Source of the DNA: a virus
DNA: 64,000 nucleotides
IMG/VR virus record: IMGVR_UViG_3300007511_001396
Span: 10,321 to 74,320 of that record
Direction: 5' to 3' (one strand)
Made by a program: the position numbers and the translations under genes. This document shows, piece after piece, positions 16,393 through 26,485 of this stretch (positions within the stretch are counted from its first letter, which is position 1; the number at the start of each line of letters is the position of its first letter). The notes under the pieces are model-generated. The model made no database searches and was not told the DNA's origin. It saw only the letters and a list, made by a program, of their open reading frames with translations.

Positions 16393-17166
16393 TTGCCTTA
16401 CATTTCTTATTCGGCGCTTAAAGACTGGGCACAATGTGCTTTTTATCATAAATTAACACGAGTGGATGGCATTGAGCCGTTCGAAGGGAACGAATATACA
16501 GCGTTTGGTAGTGCTATACATTCTTTGTGTGAGAGAAAATTACTCAAAGAAGAAGTCAATGATGATGAATATTTCATAAAAGAGTTTGAAAATAATTTAG
16601 CCAAGCTACCAAATAGTCTTGAGCTAAAAACTGACCTAATCGAGAAAATGAAAGTTCAAGGAACAGAAATTGCCCCAGAGATAGAGGGAGCACTTGATGA
16701 ATATTTTGATGAATATGAAGTATTGGCAGTAGAAATGGCATTAGATGAACCAATTGATGGAGAGAGCGAATACACCTTTAAAGGTTTTATTGATGCGATA
16801 GTTGCCACACCAGACGGTAAAGTACATATCTTTGATTGGAAGTCTTGTTCTTGGGGCTGGGATCCGAAGAAAAAGGGAGATAAAATAACAACTTATCAAT
16901 TAACCCTTTATAAAAAGTTCTTCGCTCAGAAGATGAACATAGAGCCAAAAGATGTGGAAACACATTTTGCCTTACTCAAAAGAACAGCAAACAAAAATAG
17001 AGTTGAATTCTTTCGAGTGACAAGCGGGCAAAGAAAAACAGACAACGCTTTAAAACTTTTAAATACTGCTCTATACAATATCAAGAATAAGCGGTATATT
17101 AAGAATCGACTATCCTGTACATCAGGCTATGGTTGCAAGTTCTACGGAACCAAACATTGTAAATGA
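16393..17166 (+). CDS. PD-(D/E)XK exonuclease, Cas4/AddB-like with four-Cys Fe-S ligands
   Basis: ISYS..C, GSAIH, GFIDAI, DWKS, QLTLY, C-terminal C..C..C; TTG start with GAGGGG RBS. Confidence 0.85.
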   Translation: MPYISYSALKDWAQCAFYHKLTRVDGIEPFEGNEYTAFGSAIHSLCERKLLKEEVNDDEYFIKEFENNLAKLPNSLELKTDLIEKMKVQGTEIAPEIEGALDEYFDEYEVLAVEMALDEPIDGESEYTFKGFIDAIVATPDGKVHIFDWKSCSWGWDPKKKGDKITTYQLTLYKKFFAQKMNIEPKDVETHFALLKRTANKNRVEFFRVTSGQRKTDNALKLLNTALYNIKNKRYIKNRLSCTSGYGCKFYGTKHCK

Positions 17167-17183
17167 AGGAACAATATTGAATA

Positions 17184-18470
17184 ATGAAAAAAACTAAAAT
17201 CTTAACGATCTCAGATCACCCATTATCTCCTAGCGGAGTTGGAACACAGACTAAATACTTTATAGAAGCACTTCTCAAAACAGGTAGATATGAATTTATC
17301 TCTTTGGGCGGTGCTATCAAGCATCAAAGTTATGAACCACAAAAAGTAGAGCCATATGGAGATGCTTGGCGAATTTTCCCAATAGATGGATATGGGAACC
17401 ATGAAGTGATACGCTCTATAATACAAAAAGAGAAACCAGATGTATTATGGTTTATGACCGATCCACGATTCTTTACGTGGCTTTGGGAAATAGAAAATGA
17501 AGTTAGGGCCAATATCCCAATGGTATATTATCATGTTTGGGATAATAAGCCCCACCCACATTTTAATGGAATATTTTATAGATCAACAGATGTAGTGGCG
17601 TGTATTTCTAAAGTAACACACGATATATTACAAAATGTATCACCTGATGTTGAAAGTTGTTATCTGCCTCACGCAGTACACTCCAACGTTTTCAAGCCAT
17701 TAACCACAGAAGAAGATGTTTTAAAAATAGACATTCTTCGTGAAAGATTAACTGTTGAGAGCACAAAGAATCATAAGAATAAAAATAAAAAAGTGTTTTT
17801 ATGGAACAACAGAAATGCTAGGCGAAAGCAAAGCGGAACTCTGATCTGGTGGTTTAAAGAATGGCTCGATAAAGTCGGTCACGATAAAGCATGTCTGTTA
17901 ATGCACACAGATGCACGAGATCCACATGGCCAAGATTTACCACATCTTATTGAACAAGTAGGGGTCAATGATGGACAAGTGTTGTTGTCCACTGAAAGAG
18001 TAGGCGCAGAGAGACTGTCTTTACTTTATAATATGGCCGACTTTACTATTAATATATCAGATGCAGAAGGATTTGGTCTGGCTACTCTAGAGTCACTGTC
18101 TTGTGGAACCCCAATTATTGTAAATATGACAGGCGGCCTTCAAGAACAGGTTACCGACGGCCAGAATTGGTTTGGATGGGGGATACAACCCAGTTCTAAG
18201 GCTGTAATAGGTTCACTACAGGTGCCATATATTTATGAGGACCGTATTTCTCAAGAAGACTTTGAAAAGTCTTTAAACAAAGCATTAAAACTCCCGAAGA
18301 CAAAATATAAGAAGATGTCCGAGGCTGGAATAAACCACGTTAAAACAAAATATAATTTTGAAACATTCGAAAAAAGCTGGGTTGACTTGATGGATAATAT
18401 AGTTGAAACTCGTGGCTCTTGGGAAACTAGGAAGAATTATAAGCGTTGGCATTTATTGGAGGTAGCGTAA
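17184..18470 (+). CDS. Glycosyltransferase, GT-B/GT4-like
   Basis: SGVGTQT, NRNARRKQ, AEGFGLATLESLSCGTP. Confidence 0.9.
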   Translation: MKKTKILTISDHPLSPSGVGTQTKYFIEALLKTGRYEFISLGGAIKHQSYEPQKVEPYGDAWRIFPIDGYGNHEVIRSIIQKEKPDVLWFMTDPRFFTWLWEIENEVRANIPMVYYHVWDNKPHPHFNGIFYRSTDVVACISKVTHDILQNVSPDVESCYLPHAVHSNVFKPLTTEEDVLKIDILRERLTVESTKNHKNKNKKVFLWNNRNARRKQSGTLIWWFKEWLDKVGHDKACLLMHTDARDPHGQDLPHLIEQVGVNDGQVLLSTERVGAERLSLLYNMADFTINISDAEGFGLATLESLSCGTPIIVNMTGGLQEQVTDGQNWFGWGIQPSSKAVIGSLQVPYIYEDRISQEDFEKSLNKALKLPKTKYKKMSEAGINHVKTKYNFETFEKSWVDLMDNIVETRGSWETRKNYKRWHLLEVA

Positions 18471-19735
18471 TGAAAAAGAAAATTTTACTTAAGGCACCAC
18501 TTTTGACTAGATCTGGATATGGAGAACAGAGCCGATTTGCGTTGCGTGCATTGCGCTCACGAGAAGATTTATTTGATATCTATGTTCAACCTCTTCAATG
18601 GGGAAAGACATCTTGGGTTTCATTGGTAGATGACGAAAGGAAATGGATTGATCAGACAATAGAAAAAACTATTGCTTATCTACAATCAGGTGGCCATTTT
18701 GATATGTCCCTACAGGTTTCAATACCAAATGAGTGGGAAAAAATAGCCCCCGTCAATGTAGGATATACTGCCGGAATAGAGACAACGAAAGTAGCTCACC
18801 AATGGATCCAAAAAGGCAATGAAATGGATAGAATTATTGTTGTTTCAGATCACTCCAAGAACACTTTCCAAGAGACAGAATACACAGCTATCAATAAAAA
18901 TGATCAATCTCAGCAGTTTAAAATTAAAATTGATACCCAAATAGATTCAGTAAATTATCCAGCTAAAACTTTTGACACCTTACCAGATCTAGAGCTAGAG
19001 TTATCCACAGATATTAATTTTTTGACTGTCGCACAATTCGGCCCTCGAAAAAATCTCCCAAATACTATTCGATGGTTTGTTGAAGAATTCAGGGACGAAG
19101 ACGTAGGGCTCGTTGTAAAGACAAGTTTTGCGAAGAATTGCTTAATGGATCGTGAAAAGGTATTCAGTGAGCTAAAGAAATTTCTTTCCACTTTAGGCGA
19201 CCACAAATGCAAAGTATATTTGTTACACGGAGATATGGAGGATGATGAGATGCATTCACTTTATACTCATACTCAAATATCGGCTCTAGTAGCTTTAACT
19301 CACGGCGAAGGCTTTGGGCTACCAATCTTTGAAGCGGCATATAGTGGCTTGCCGGTCATAGCCACAGGATGGTCAGGCCAGTTGGATTTCCTAGTAGATG
19401 AAAACAAAGCCGAGCACTTTTATAATGTTGCATTTGATATTAATCCAGTGCCCCCAGAGGTTGTCTGGGATGGTGTCTTAGTTAAAGAATCAGGCTGGTC
19501 ATACCCTCGTGAAGAATCTGCAAAAGCTAAGATGAGAAATTGTTATGAGGATATTTTAAGTAACGAAAAAGACACTTTTGTCGCTAATGCTGAATCATAT
19601 GCCGAATCAGTGCAAGCCAGATTTGCCGAAAGTAAACAAAACTCGTTATTCGTAGAAAGCCTTTTAGATTATGTCAGTACCGAAGAAGAGAGGCAGTGGC
19701 AAGGTATCATTGACCAAGTGGTAGAATATGACTAA
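18470..19735 (+). CDS. Glycosyltransferase, GT-B/GT4-like
   Basis: SGYGEQSR, RKN, HGEGFGLPIFEAAYSGLPVIATGWSG. Confidence 0.9.
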   Translation: MKKKILLKAPLLTRSGYGEQSRFALRALRSREDLFDIYVQPLQWGKTSWVSLVDDERKWIDQTIEKTIAYLQSGGHFDMSLQVSIPNEWEKIAPVNVGYTAGIETTKVAHQWIQKGNEMDRIIVVSDHSKNTFQETEYTAINKNDQSQQFKIKIDTQIDSVNYPAKTFDTLPDLELELSTDINFLTVAQFGPRKNLPNTIRWFVEEFRDEDVGLVVKTSFAKNCLMDREKVFSELKKFLSTLGDHKCKVYLLHGDMEDDEMHSLYTHTQISALVALTHGEGFGLPIFEAAYSGLPVIATGWSGQLDFLVDENKAEHFYNVAFDINPVPPEVVWDGVLVKESGWSYPREESAKAKMRNCYEDILSNEKDTFVANAESYAESVQARFAESKQNSLFVESLLDYVSTEEERQWQGIIDQVVEYD

Positions 19736-21383
19736 AGAGGTTATTTTTGTTTCTGACTTCTTCGCAGATGAAGTTCGTGGAGGAGCAGAACTATGTAATG
19801 ATGCCTTAATCAAAATACTGGGCAGAGATTATAAAATAACAACAGTGAAGTCTCAGAATATCACTCCGAGAGACCTTGAAGATTCAGATAAAAAGATATT
19901 TGTAATAGCTAACTTTTTCTTATTACAAGAAGCAGTTAAATATGCTCTTGAAGATAAGACATATATTATTTTAGAACATGATCATAAATATGTTGCTTCC
20001 AATAATCCATCTTTGTATCCTGATTTTTTGGCCCCCGAAGAGCAGATAATAAATAAAAGATTTTATACCAATGCGTTGGCCGTTTTGTGTCAAAGTAAAA
20101 AGCATTCAGAAATATTACAAAAGAATCTTTTAATAAACAATATTGTAAACCTTGGCGGCAACCTGTGGACAGAGGAGCAATTATCTGTTCTTGAGCAGAA
20201 CATCGACACGCCTCAAAAAACAGACTTTGCTGTTATAAGAACGAATAACAAAAACAAAGGAATGCCAGCAGCAATTGATTTTTGCAACAAACAAGGGATT
20301 GACTTTCAATTTATCGAAAGTCAACCATTTGAGAGCTTTATATCTACTTTGGCAAGCGTCAAGCATCTTGTGTTTTTTCCTCAATGGTTTGAGACATACA
20401 ATCGGTTGTCAATAGAAGCTAGAGTAGTTGGGTGTAAATTGGTGACCAATTCTTTAATAGGGGCCGCCAGCGAAGAGCATTTTAAATTAAAGGGCAGAGA
20501 GTTGTTGGATTTTCTACGCGAAAACAACACCACTTTAATTAAAAAATGGAAGGTTATCCTCAGTGAACAAGAAATAGCTTTTATACCCCCAGTAGAACTA
20601 CCAAAGGTAACTATTTTTTGCCCCCTATATGCTGGCGAAAAATACATTAAAGGCTTCTTGGAAGATATTGAAAATCAAACTATTTTTGAAGATTGTGAAT
20701 TGATTATAATCAATGCAAACTCGCCAGAGAATGAAGAAGAAATTATTTTAGATTTTATGAAATCAAACAACAACGTAGTATACAGGAAATTAGATTATCG
20801 AGCCACTGTTATGGAAACAGAAAATATGGCCATTGAAATGGCAACCGGTGACTTTTTTGCTCAAGCTTGCGTTGATGATAGACATTCAGCAACATATTTA
20901 GAAACAATGGCGAAACACCTTCATTATTCTAAGGGCGTAGACTTGGTATATGCTGATTGTTTCCAGACCACTGCCCCCAACGAAACATTTGAAAAAAACA
21001 GCTCTAATGGGACACTATATGAGCACTCTAAAAATGCTTTTAGTAGAGAGAATATGATTAAATGTTTGCCTGGCCCAATGCCTATGTGGAAGAAGTCCAT
21101 ACACAAGACAGCAGGCCTCTTTAATGACTCTCTGTCCTATGCTGGAGACTGGGAAATGTTTTTAAGGATGGTTGAGGTAGGTTCTGTTTTTAAAAAGATT
21201 AAGAGGCCTCTGGGGCTGTATTTCTATAATGATGATGGTCTCTCAACATCAAAAGAACACTCGAAACCAAGACAGAAAGAAGAGGCGGAAGTATTCTTTA
21301 ATTTTAAGGATATTTTTGGTCAGAAGAACTTTGAAGCTTATAAAAGCTATTTTCAACATTTAAGAGGAGAAGAAAATGAGTAA
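19728..21383 (+). CDS. Two-domain glycosyltransferase (degenerate GT-B N-terminus + GT2 C-terminus)
   Basis: GGAEL and ETYNRLSIEAR in the N-half; PKVTIFCPLY, VDDR and AGDWEMFLR in the C-half. Confidence 0.8.
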   Translation: MTKEVIFVSDFFADEVRGGAELCNDALIKILGRDYKITTVKSQNITPRDLEDSDKKIFVIANFFLLQEAVKYALEDKTYIILEHDHKYVASNNPSLYPDFLAPEEQIINKRFYTNALAVLCQSKKHSEILQKNLLINNIVNLGGNLWTEEQLSVLEQNIDTPQKTDFAVIRTNNKNKGMPAAIDFCNKQGIDFQFIESQPFESFISTLASVKHLVFFPQWFETYNRLSIEARVVGCKLVTNSLIGAASEEHFKLKGRELLDFLRENNTTLIKKWKVILSEQEIAFIPPVELPKVTIFCPLYAGEKYIKGFLEDIENQTIFEDCELIIINANSPENEEEIILDFMKSNNNVVYRKLDYRATVMETENMAIEMATGDFFAQACVDDRHSATYLETMAKHLHYSKGVDLVYADCFQTTAPNETFEKNSSNGTLYEHSKNAFSRENMIKCLPGPMPMWKKSIHKTAGLFNDSLSYAGDWEMFLRMVEVGSVFKKIKRPLGLYFYNDDGLSTSKEHSKPRQKEEAEVFFNFKDIFGQKNFEAYKSYFQHLRGEENE

Positions 21384-21801
21384 CCAAAGACGATATATGC
21401 CAACATTGGCAGAACTAATAGACAGACTAACAATTGTTCAATTAAAAGAAGTTTTAATAGCTGACCATAAGCCGGAATATGCCCAAGAGATTTCTGATAT
21501 TATGCATGATATAGATTTAATTCTAAAAGAGGGTAATATTGTTCTAGATGCAAAAGCTTTAAGAGCTTTGGTCGTAGTTTCACAATATAACTTACATATC
21601 TGGCACAATGAGTCGAACTATAGAAAGGGTATCGATGAAGGAAACAATTTAGAACTAACACATGGATTAAACGGCATTAGAAATAGGGCTAAAAACAGAA
21701 TCCAAAACATGGTTAATGGTCGCAAGGATTACAAAACAGACTGCCTAGCAGCTGATATGCACTCTTGGGAACCATCTTGGAACAATGACCAAGAAGGCTG
21801 A
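21376..21801 (+). CDS. Helical hypothetical protein (DUF4254-like), typical of glycan loci
   Basis: TLAELIDRLTIVQLK...IWHNE...LNGIRNRAKNRI. Confidence 0.55.
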   Translation: MSNQRRYMPTLAELIDRLTIVQLKEVLIADHKPEYAQEISDIMHDIDLILKEGNIVLDAKALRALVVVSQYNLHIWHNESNYRKGIDEGNNLELTHGLNGIRNRAKNRIQNMVNGRKDYKTDCLAADMHSWEPSWNNDQEG

Positions 21802-22882
21802 CTTTGAAATAGTGATAGTCGGCGCTGGAGTCGTTGGCTTGGCTATTGCTGAAGAATTGTCCAAGACTTATGACAACATTCTAGTAGTCGACAAAGAAAG
21901 ATCATTTGGCAACCACACATCTAGCAGAAATAGTGAGATTATTCATTCTGGGCTCTATTATCCTAAATCTACTCTAAAGACAAAATTGTGTATTGAGGGC
22001 AACAGATTATTGTATGAGTTTGCCAAAGATAACAAATTACCACACAGAAGATGCGGAAAGTTAATTGTAGCCTCCGAAGATAAAGAGATACCAGTATTAA
22101 AAAAGTTATTACTTCAGGGTTTAGAGAATGGAGTAAGTGATTTGGAAATGGTGTCTAGTGATTATATAAAGGACGTAGAGCCACAAATAAAAGCGATACA
22201 AGCCTTGAAAGTGCCATCAACTGGTATCATCGATAGCCACCAATTAATGGCAAGACTTGAATCTAACGCCGAAAATAGAGGAGTCTGTTTTTCGTATAAC
22301 ACAGAGATTTCGAATATTAATAAAAAAAATGATCTTTTTTGGTTGACAAGTGGCAACGATGATGTTATGATATCTTCAAGGGTATTAATAAACTCTGCTG
22401 GGTTGTGGTCAGATGAAGTGGCCGCAATGGCAGGAATAAAAGATTATAAGATATTTTGGTGTAAAGGGGAATATTACAAGACCACAAAATATCGCAATAT
22501 GAATCACTTAATATACCCAGTACCAGATCCAGATGGCAAATATCTTGGAATACACACAGTGTTAGATTTGGATGGAAATGTTTCTTTTGGCCCAAACGCC
22601 ACATATGTTGATAATTTAGACTATTATCAAACAGAAGATAATATAAGACACTTCAAAAATTCTATTGATAGATATTTAGACATTACTGAAAATGACTTAA
22701 CGCCATCTATGGTTGGCATTAGACCAAAGATTCAAAGCCCATCAGAAACATTTAAAGACTTTATCATTAAAAATGAAGCCGACAACGGCTACAACAACCT
22801 AATCAATTTAATTGGAATTGAATCACCAGGCTTAACAAGCTGTCTAGCGATAGCAAAACTAACAAAAGGACTAATACAATAA
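21785..22882 (+). CDS. FAD-dependent oxidoreductase, L-2-hydroxyglutarate oxidase (LhgO)-like
   Basis: GAGVVG, TSSRNSEIIHSGLYY, KGEYY, GIRPK, GIESPGLTS. Confidence 0.88.
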   Translation: MTKKADFEIVIVGAGVVGLAIAEELSKTYDNILVVDKERSFGNHTSSRNSEIIHSGLYYPKSTLKTKLCIEGNRLLYEFAKDNKLPHRRCGKLIVASEDKEIPVLKKLLLQGLENGVSDLEMVSSDYIKDVEPQIKAIQALKVPSTGIIDSHQLMARLESNAENRGVCFSYNTEISNINKKNDLFWLTSGNDDVMISSRVLINSAGLWSDEVAAMAGIKDYKIFWCKGEYYKTTKYRNMNHLIYPVPDPDGKYLGIHTVLDLDGNVSFGPNATYVDNLDYYQTEDNIRHFKNSIDRYLDITENDLTPSMVGIRPKIQSPSETFKDFIIKNEADNGYNNLINLIGIESPGLTSCLAIAKLTKGLIQ

Positions 22883-23811
22883 TGAATATTTTAATCACTG
22901 GCGCAGCAGGATACATCGGGAGCGAGTTGATAGATTACTTGCTCAAAGACAATCACACAGTAATTGCATATGACAACTTAATGTATGATCCAACATCTCT
23001 CTTGAGATACACAAACAATCCTAATTTCTCATTCGTCAAAGGAGATGTAAGAAACTTAACGCTCTTGGGAGAACATATGAAAGATGCAGATGTGATCATT
23101 CCTTTGGCAGCTCTTGTTGGGTTCCCATTATGTGATCAAGACCCACGCGCTGCCCAAGAAATTAACCATGATGTTAACACTTGGATAGCCAACAATAAAA
23201 GGCCAGAACAGAGGGTCATTTACCCTTGTACAAACTCTGGTTATGGAACAAGTGAAGATGGCTCTGTTTGTACTGAAGAATCCCCGCTGAATCCGGTATC
23301 ACTATATGGACGAACAAAAGTCGCCGCAGAAGAAGAATATAGAAAGGTTGATAACTTTGTAACATTCAGGTTTGCAACTGTTTTTGGCCCAGGGTCACGT
23401 ATGAGGACAGATTTATTAGTAAACAATTTTGTTCTAGGAGCCCTAAGAGAGCGACTTTTAGTTTTATATGAATGCGAATTTATGAGAAACTATGTACATC
23501 TGCAAGATGTCTGCCGAGCATTTAAATATATTATTGATAATTGGGATACTTGCAAAAACGAAACATATAATATGGGTAACGATAGTTTGAATATGAACAA
23601 ATTGCAATTAGCTGAGAAAATTCAAGAACATATTCCTTTAGAGATTATTAAAGCAGAATTTAACTCAGACCCGGATATTAGGGATTACGAAGTCAGTAGT
23701 CAAAAGTTTTATGACAAGGGATTTGAATGCGCTTATGATCTAGATGACGGCATTCGCCAATTAGTGACAGCTTATAGTATCATTGAATCACCGTGGTATG
23801 CAAACTATTAA
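22882..23811 (+). CDS. NAD-dependent epimerase/dehydratase (extended SDR)
   Basis: TGAAGYIG and YGRTK (YxxxK). Confidence 0.9.
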   Translation: MNILITGAAGYIGSELIDYLLKDNHTVIAYDNLMYDPTSLLRYTNNPNFSFVKGDVRNLTLLGEHMKDADVIIPLAALVGFPLCDQDPRAAQEINHDVNTWIANNKRPEQRVIYPCTNSGYGTSEDGSVCTEESPLNPVSLYGRTKVAAEEEYRKVDNFVTFRFATVFGPGSRMRTDLLVNNFVLGALRERLLVLYECEFMRNYVHLQDVCRAFKYIIDNWDTCKNETYNMGNDSLNMNKLQLAEKIQEHIPLEIIKAEFNSDPDIRDYEVSSQKFYDKGFECAYDLDDGIRQLVTAYSIIESPWYANY

Positions 23812-23821
23812 GGGAGACAAC

Positions 23822-25333
23822 ATGGAGCACGAAATAGATGTTTTATTTGTTCACCCAAATGGTTCTCCGATAATATACCAAGAACTTAGTAAAACATATT
23901 CTGCAATAGAACCACCTATTTGGGCAGGACTTTTGGCCAATAATGCCAGAAAGAATAATTTTAAAACTAAAATTTTAGATTGTGAGGCAGAACGCTTTGG
24001 AGCAGAAGAGTCAGCAAACGCTATTAAAGCGATAAATCCAAGGCTAGTCGCCTTAGTGATTTATGGACAACAGCCATCCGCATCCACACAAAATATGATT
24101 GGTGCCCGTGTTCTACTAGAAGAGTTAAAAAACAAAGACTTCATAGGAAAGACAATATTAATAGGATTGCATCCATCTGCAACATCCCGCAACACTATGG
24201 AAACTGAGATAACTGACTTTGTTTGTCAAGGCGAAGGGCCACACACAATAAAGGCTCTTTTAGAGATAGATATGAACAATACTGAGCATTTATCAACAGT
24301 TCCGAGTCTCTGGTATCGCGATGATCAAGACACAAAATGTACGACTCCTGCTCCTATAATACCACAAGAAGAACTTGCAACAGAACTTCCGGGTATGGCT
24401 TGGGATTTGTTACCGATGGACAAATATCGAACATCAAATTGGCACGCCATGACCAATGAAGATGACCGAAGCCCATTTGCATCTCTGTATACTAGTCTAG
24501 GTTGCCCTTTCAAGTGTAGCTTTTGTTGTATAAATGCCCCCTTTGGAAATAACAATTTAGAGAATTGGGACTCAGCCCGTAATAAATTTCGCTATTGGGA
24601 TCCTGAATTTATGATCACGGAGTTTGAAAAATTGCATGAAATGGGAATCAAGAATGTAAAGATAGCAGATGAGATGTTTGTATTATATCCGGATCACTTT
24701 ATGAGACTGTGTGAGATGATTATCGATAGAGGGTATAAATTTAATATTTGGGCATATGCTAGAATAGATACGGTAAAAGAAAAATATTTAAGTACTCTCA
24801 AGAGAGCAGGAGTAACTTGGTTGGCACTAGGAATAGAATCTGGAAACACTATGGTAAGAAAAGATGTCACTAAAGGTAAATTTACTGATGTTAAAATTAA
24901 AGATTTGGTTGAAAATATCCAAAATGCGGGCATCAAAGTAATAGGCAACTATATTTTTGGATTACCAGAGGACACAATGGAGACTATGAGAGATACTTTG
25001 GATTTAGCTAAAGAACTAAATTGTGAGTTTGCTAATTTTTATTCTGCAATGGCTTATCCTGGTTCTAAATTATATTTAGATGCCTTACGAGAAGGCTGGG
25101 AACTGCCAGATTCATATGTTGGCTTCTCTCAACACTCTTATGAAACGAAGCCTCTACCAACTAAACATATCTCGGCAGCCCAAGTTTTAGGATTCAGAGA
25201 TAAAGCTTTTGATGAGTACTACAAAAACGAGGATTATCTTGTTATGATAGAGGAGAAGTTTGGACACTCTACTAGGCAAGGCATAGAAGAGATGGTAAAG
25301 ATTAAACTTAAACGAAAGATTTTAGGAGATTGA
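23822..25333 (+). CDS. B12-binding radical SAM protein (class B methyltransferase-like)
   Basis: N-terminal cobalamin-binding domain (GEGP), GCPFKCSFC, LGIESG, FGLPEDT, YPGS; GGGAG RBS before 23822. Confidence 0.9.
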   Translation: MEHEIDVLFVHPNGSPIIYQELSKTYSAIEPPIWAGLLANNARKNNFKTKILDCEAERFGAEESANAIKAINPRLVALVIYGQQPSASTQNMIGARVLLEELKNKDFIGKTILIGLHPSATSRNTMETEITDFVCQGEGPHTIKALLEIDMNNTEHLSTVPSLWYRDDQDTKCTTPAPIIPQEELATELPGMAWDLLPMDKYRTSNWHAMTNEDDRSPFASLYTSLGCPFKCSFCCINAPFGNNNLENWDSARNKFRYWDPEFMITEFEKLHEMGIKNVKIADEMFVLYPDHFMRLCEMIIDRGYKFNIWAYARIDTVKEKYLSTLKRAGVTWLALGIESGNTMVRKDVTKGKFTDVKIKDLVENIQNAGIKVIGNYIFGLPEDTMETMRDTLDLAKELNCEFANFYSAMAYPGSKLYLDALREGWELPDSYVGFSQHSYETKPLPTKHISAAQVLGFRDKAFDEYYKNEDYLVMIEEKFGHSTRQGIEEMVKIKLKRKILGD

Positions 25334-25334
25334 G

Positions 25335-25946
25335 ATGTTTACGAAAGAAGATTTAATAGAATATGAAAATGAGATTGCTGCTCGTTTTGACGATGCCCAA
25401 ATAAGGGCACCAGTACATTTGTACAATGGAAACGAAGAACAAATTATAAAAGTGTTCAAAGAACAAGACATTGGTCAAGATGACTGGGTTCTCTGTTCCT
25501 GGAGAAGCCATTATCAATGCTTATTGAAAGGAGTACCACCAGACGCTCTAACAAAAGCTATCTTGCAAGGCCGCTCCATTTCTCTTTGTTTTGCAGAGCA
25601 AAGAATCTTGTGTTCTGGCATTGTAACTGGCACGATACCAATTGCTGTTGGCATTGCATTAGATATTAAGCGAAAAGGTGGAACAAATAAAGTGTATTGT
25701 TTTATGGGTGATATGACATCTGAAACCGGTGTGGCCCACGAAAACATTAAATATGCAAGAAACCACGAGCTACCAATTCACTTCATCATAGAAGATAACG
25801 GTAAATCAGTGTGTACTGACACGAGAGCAACATGGTCTCAAGATACTATGACCTTTGAGGGAATAAATGATGATTATGTTACGTACTATAAATATAATTT
25901 AGATAAATACCCGCATGCAGGCGCGGGAAAGAGGGTTCAATTCTAA
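25335..25946 (+). CDS. TPP-dependent dehydrogenase E1 alpha-like subunit (short)
   Basis: HLYNGNEE, WRSHYQ, GD...EDN TPP-binding motif. Confidence 0.85.
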   Translation: MFTKEDLIEYENEIAARFDDAQIRAPVHLYNGNEEQIIKVFKEQDIGQDDWVLCSWRSHYQCLLKGVPPDALTKAILQGRSISLCFAEQRILCSGIVTGTIPIAVGIALDIKRKGGTNKVYCFMGDMTSETGVAHENIKYARNHELPIHFIIEDNGKSVCTDTRATWSQDTMTFEGINDDYVTYYKYNLDKYPHAGAGKRVQF

Positions 25947-26485
25947 TGGGACTATATTTTGATGAAATAGAGAGAGCTATGACTTATCTCGGAAAGCAAG
26001 AAGATACAATTTTTCTTGGACAAGCTGTTGCCTATAAGGGTACTGCTATGACTAATACTTTGACAGGGGTTTCGAGAGACAAGCTTATTGAAATGCCTGT
26101 CAACGAAGAGATGCAAATGGGGATCACTAACGGGTTGAGCATAGCAGGTTCTGTGCCGATTAGTATATATCCGAGATGGAACTTTCTATTGTGTGCCGTT
26201 AATCAATTGGTCAATCATCTCGATAAGCTTAAAGAATATTCGCATGGTGAGTACGTCCCGAAAGCAATTATTCGAGTAGGTATTGGCTCGGAGCGACCAC
26301 TAAACCCTCAGATCCAACACACAGGAGATTTCACAGAAGCTTTTAGAGCTATGACTACTAATATAGAAGTTATTCGTTGTGATGAGCCAGAAGATATTTT
26401 CCCTGCATATCACAAAGCTTATAATCGGACAGACGGTAAAAGCACAATAGTGGTAGAATATGGAGATTATTATGGAGAAAAATAA
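25946..26485 (+). CDS. TPP-dependent E1 beta/transketolase pyrimidine-binding subunit (no C-terminal domain)
   Basis: LGQAV, EMPVNEEMQMG, NQLVN, QH motifs; only 179 aa. Confidence 0.82.
   Translation: MGLYFDEIERAMTYLGKQEDTIFLGQAVAYKGTAMTNTLTGVSRDKLIEMPVNEEMQMGITNGLSIAGSVPISIYPRWNFLLCAVNQLVNHLDKLKEYSHGEYVPKAIIRVGIGSERPLNPQIQHTGDFTEAFRAMTTNIEVIRCDEPEDIFPAYHKAYNRTDGKSTIVVEYGDYYGEK

Noticed and set aside
16393-17166. CRISPR-Cas locus suggested by the Cas4-like nuclease
   Set aside because: No repeat-spacer array and no other cas genes were seen in the window.
25335-26485. Auxiliary pyruvate dehydrogenase for energy metabolism
   Set aside because: Both subunits are truncated, E2/E3 are absent, and the context is sugar biosynthesis.
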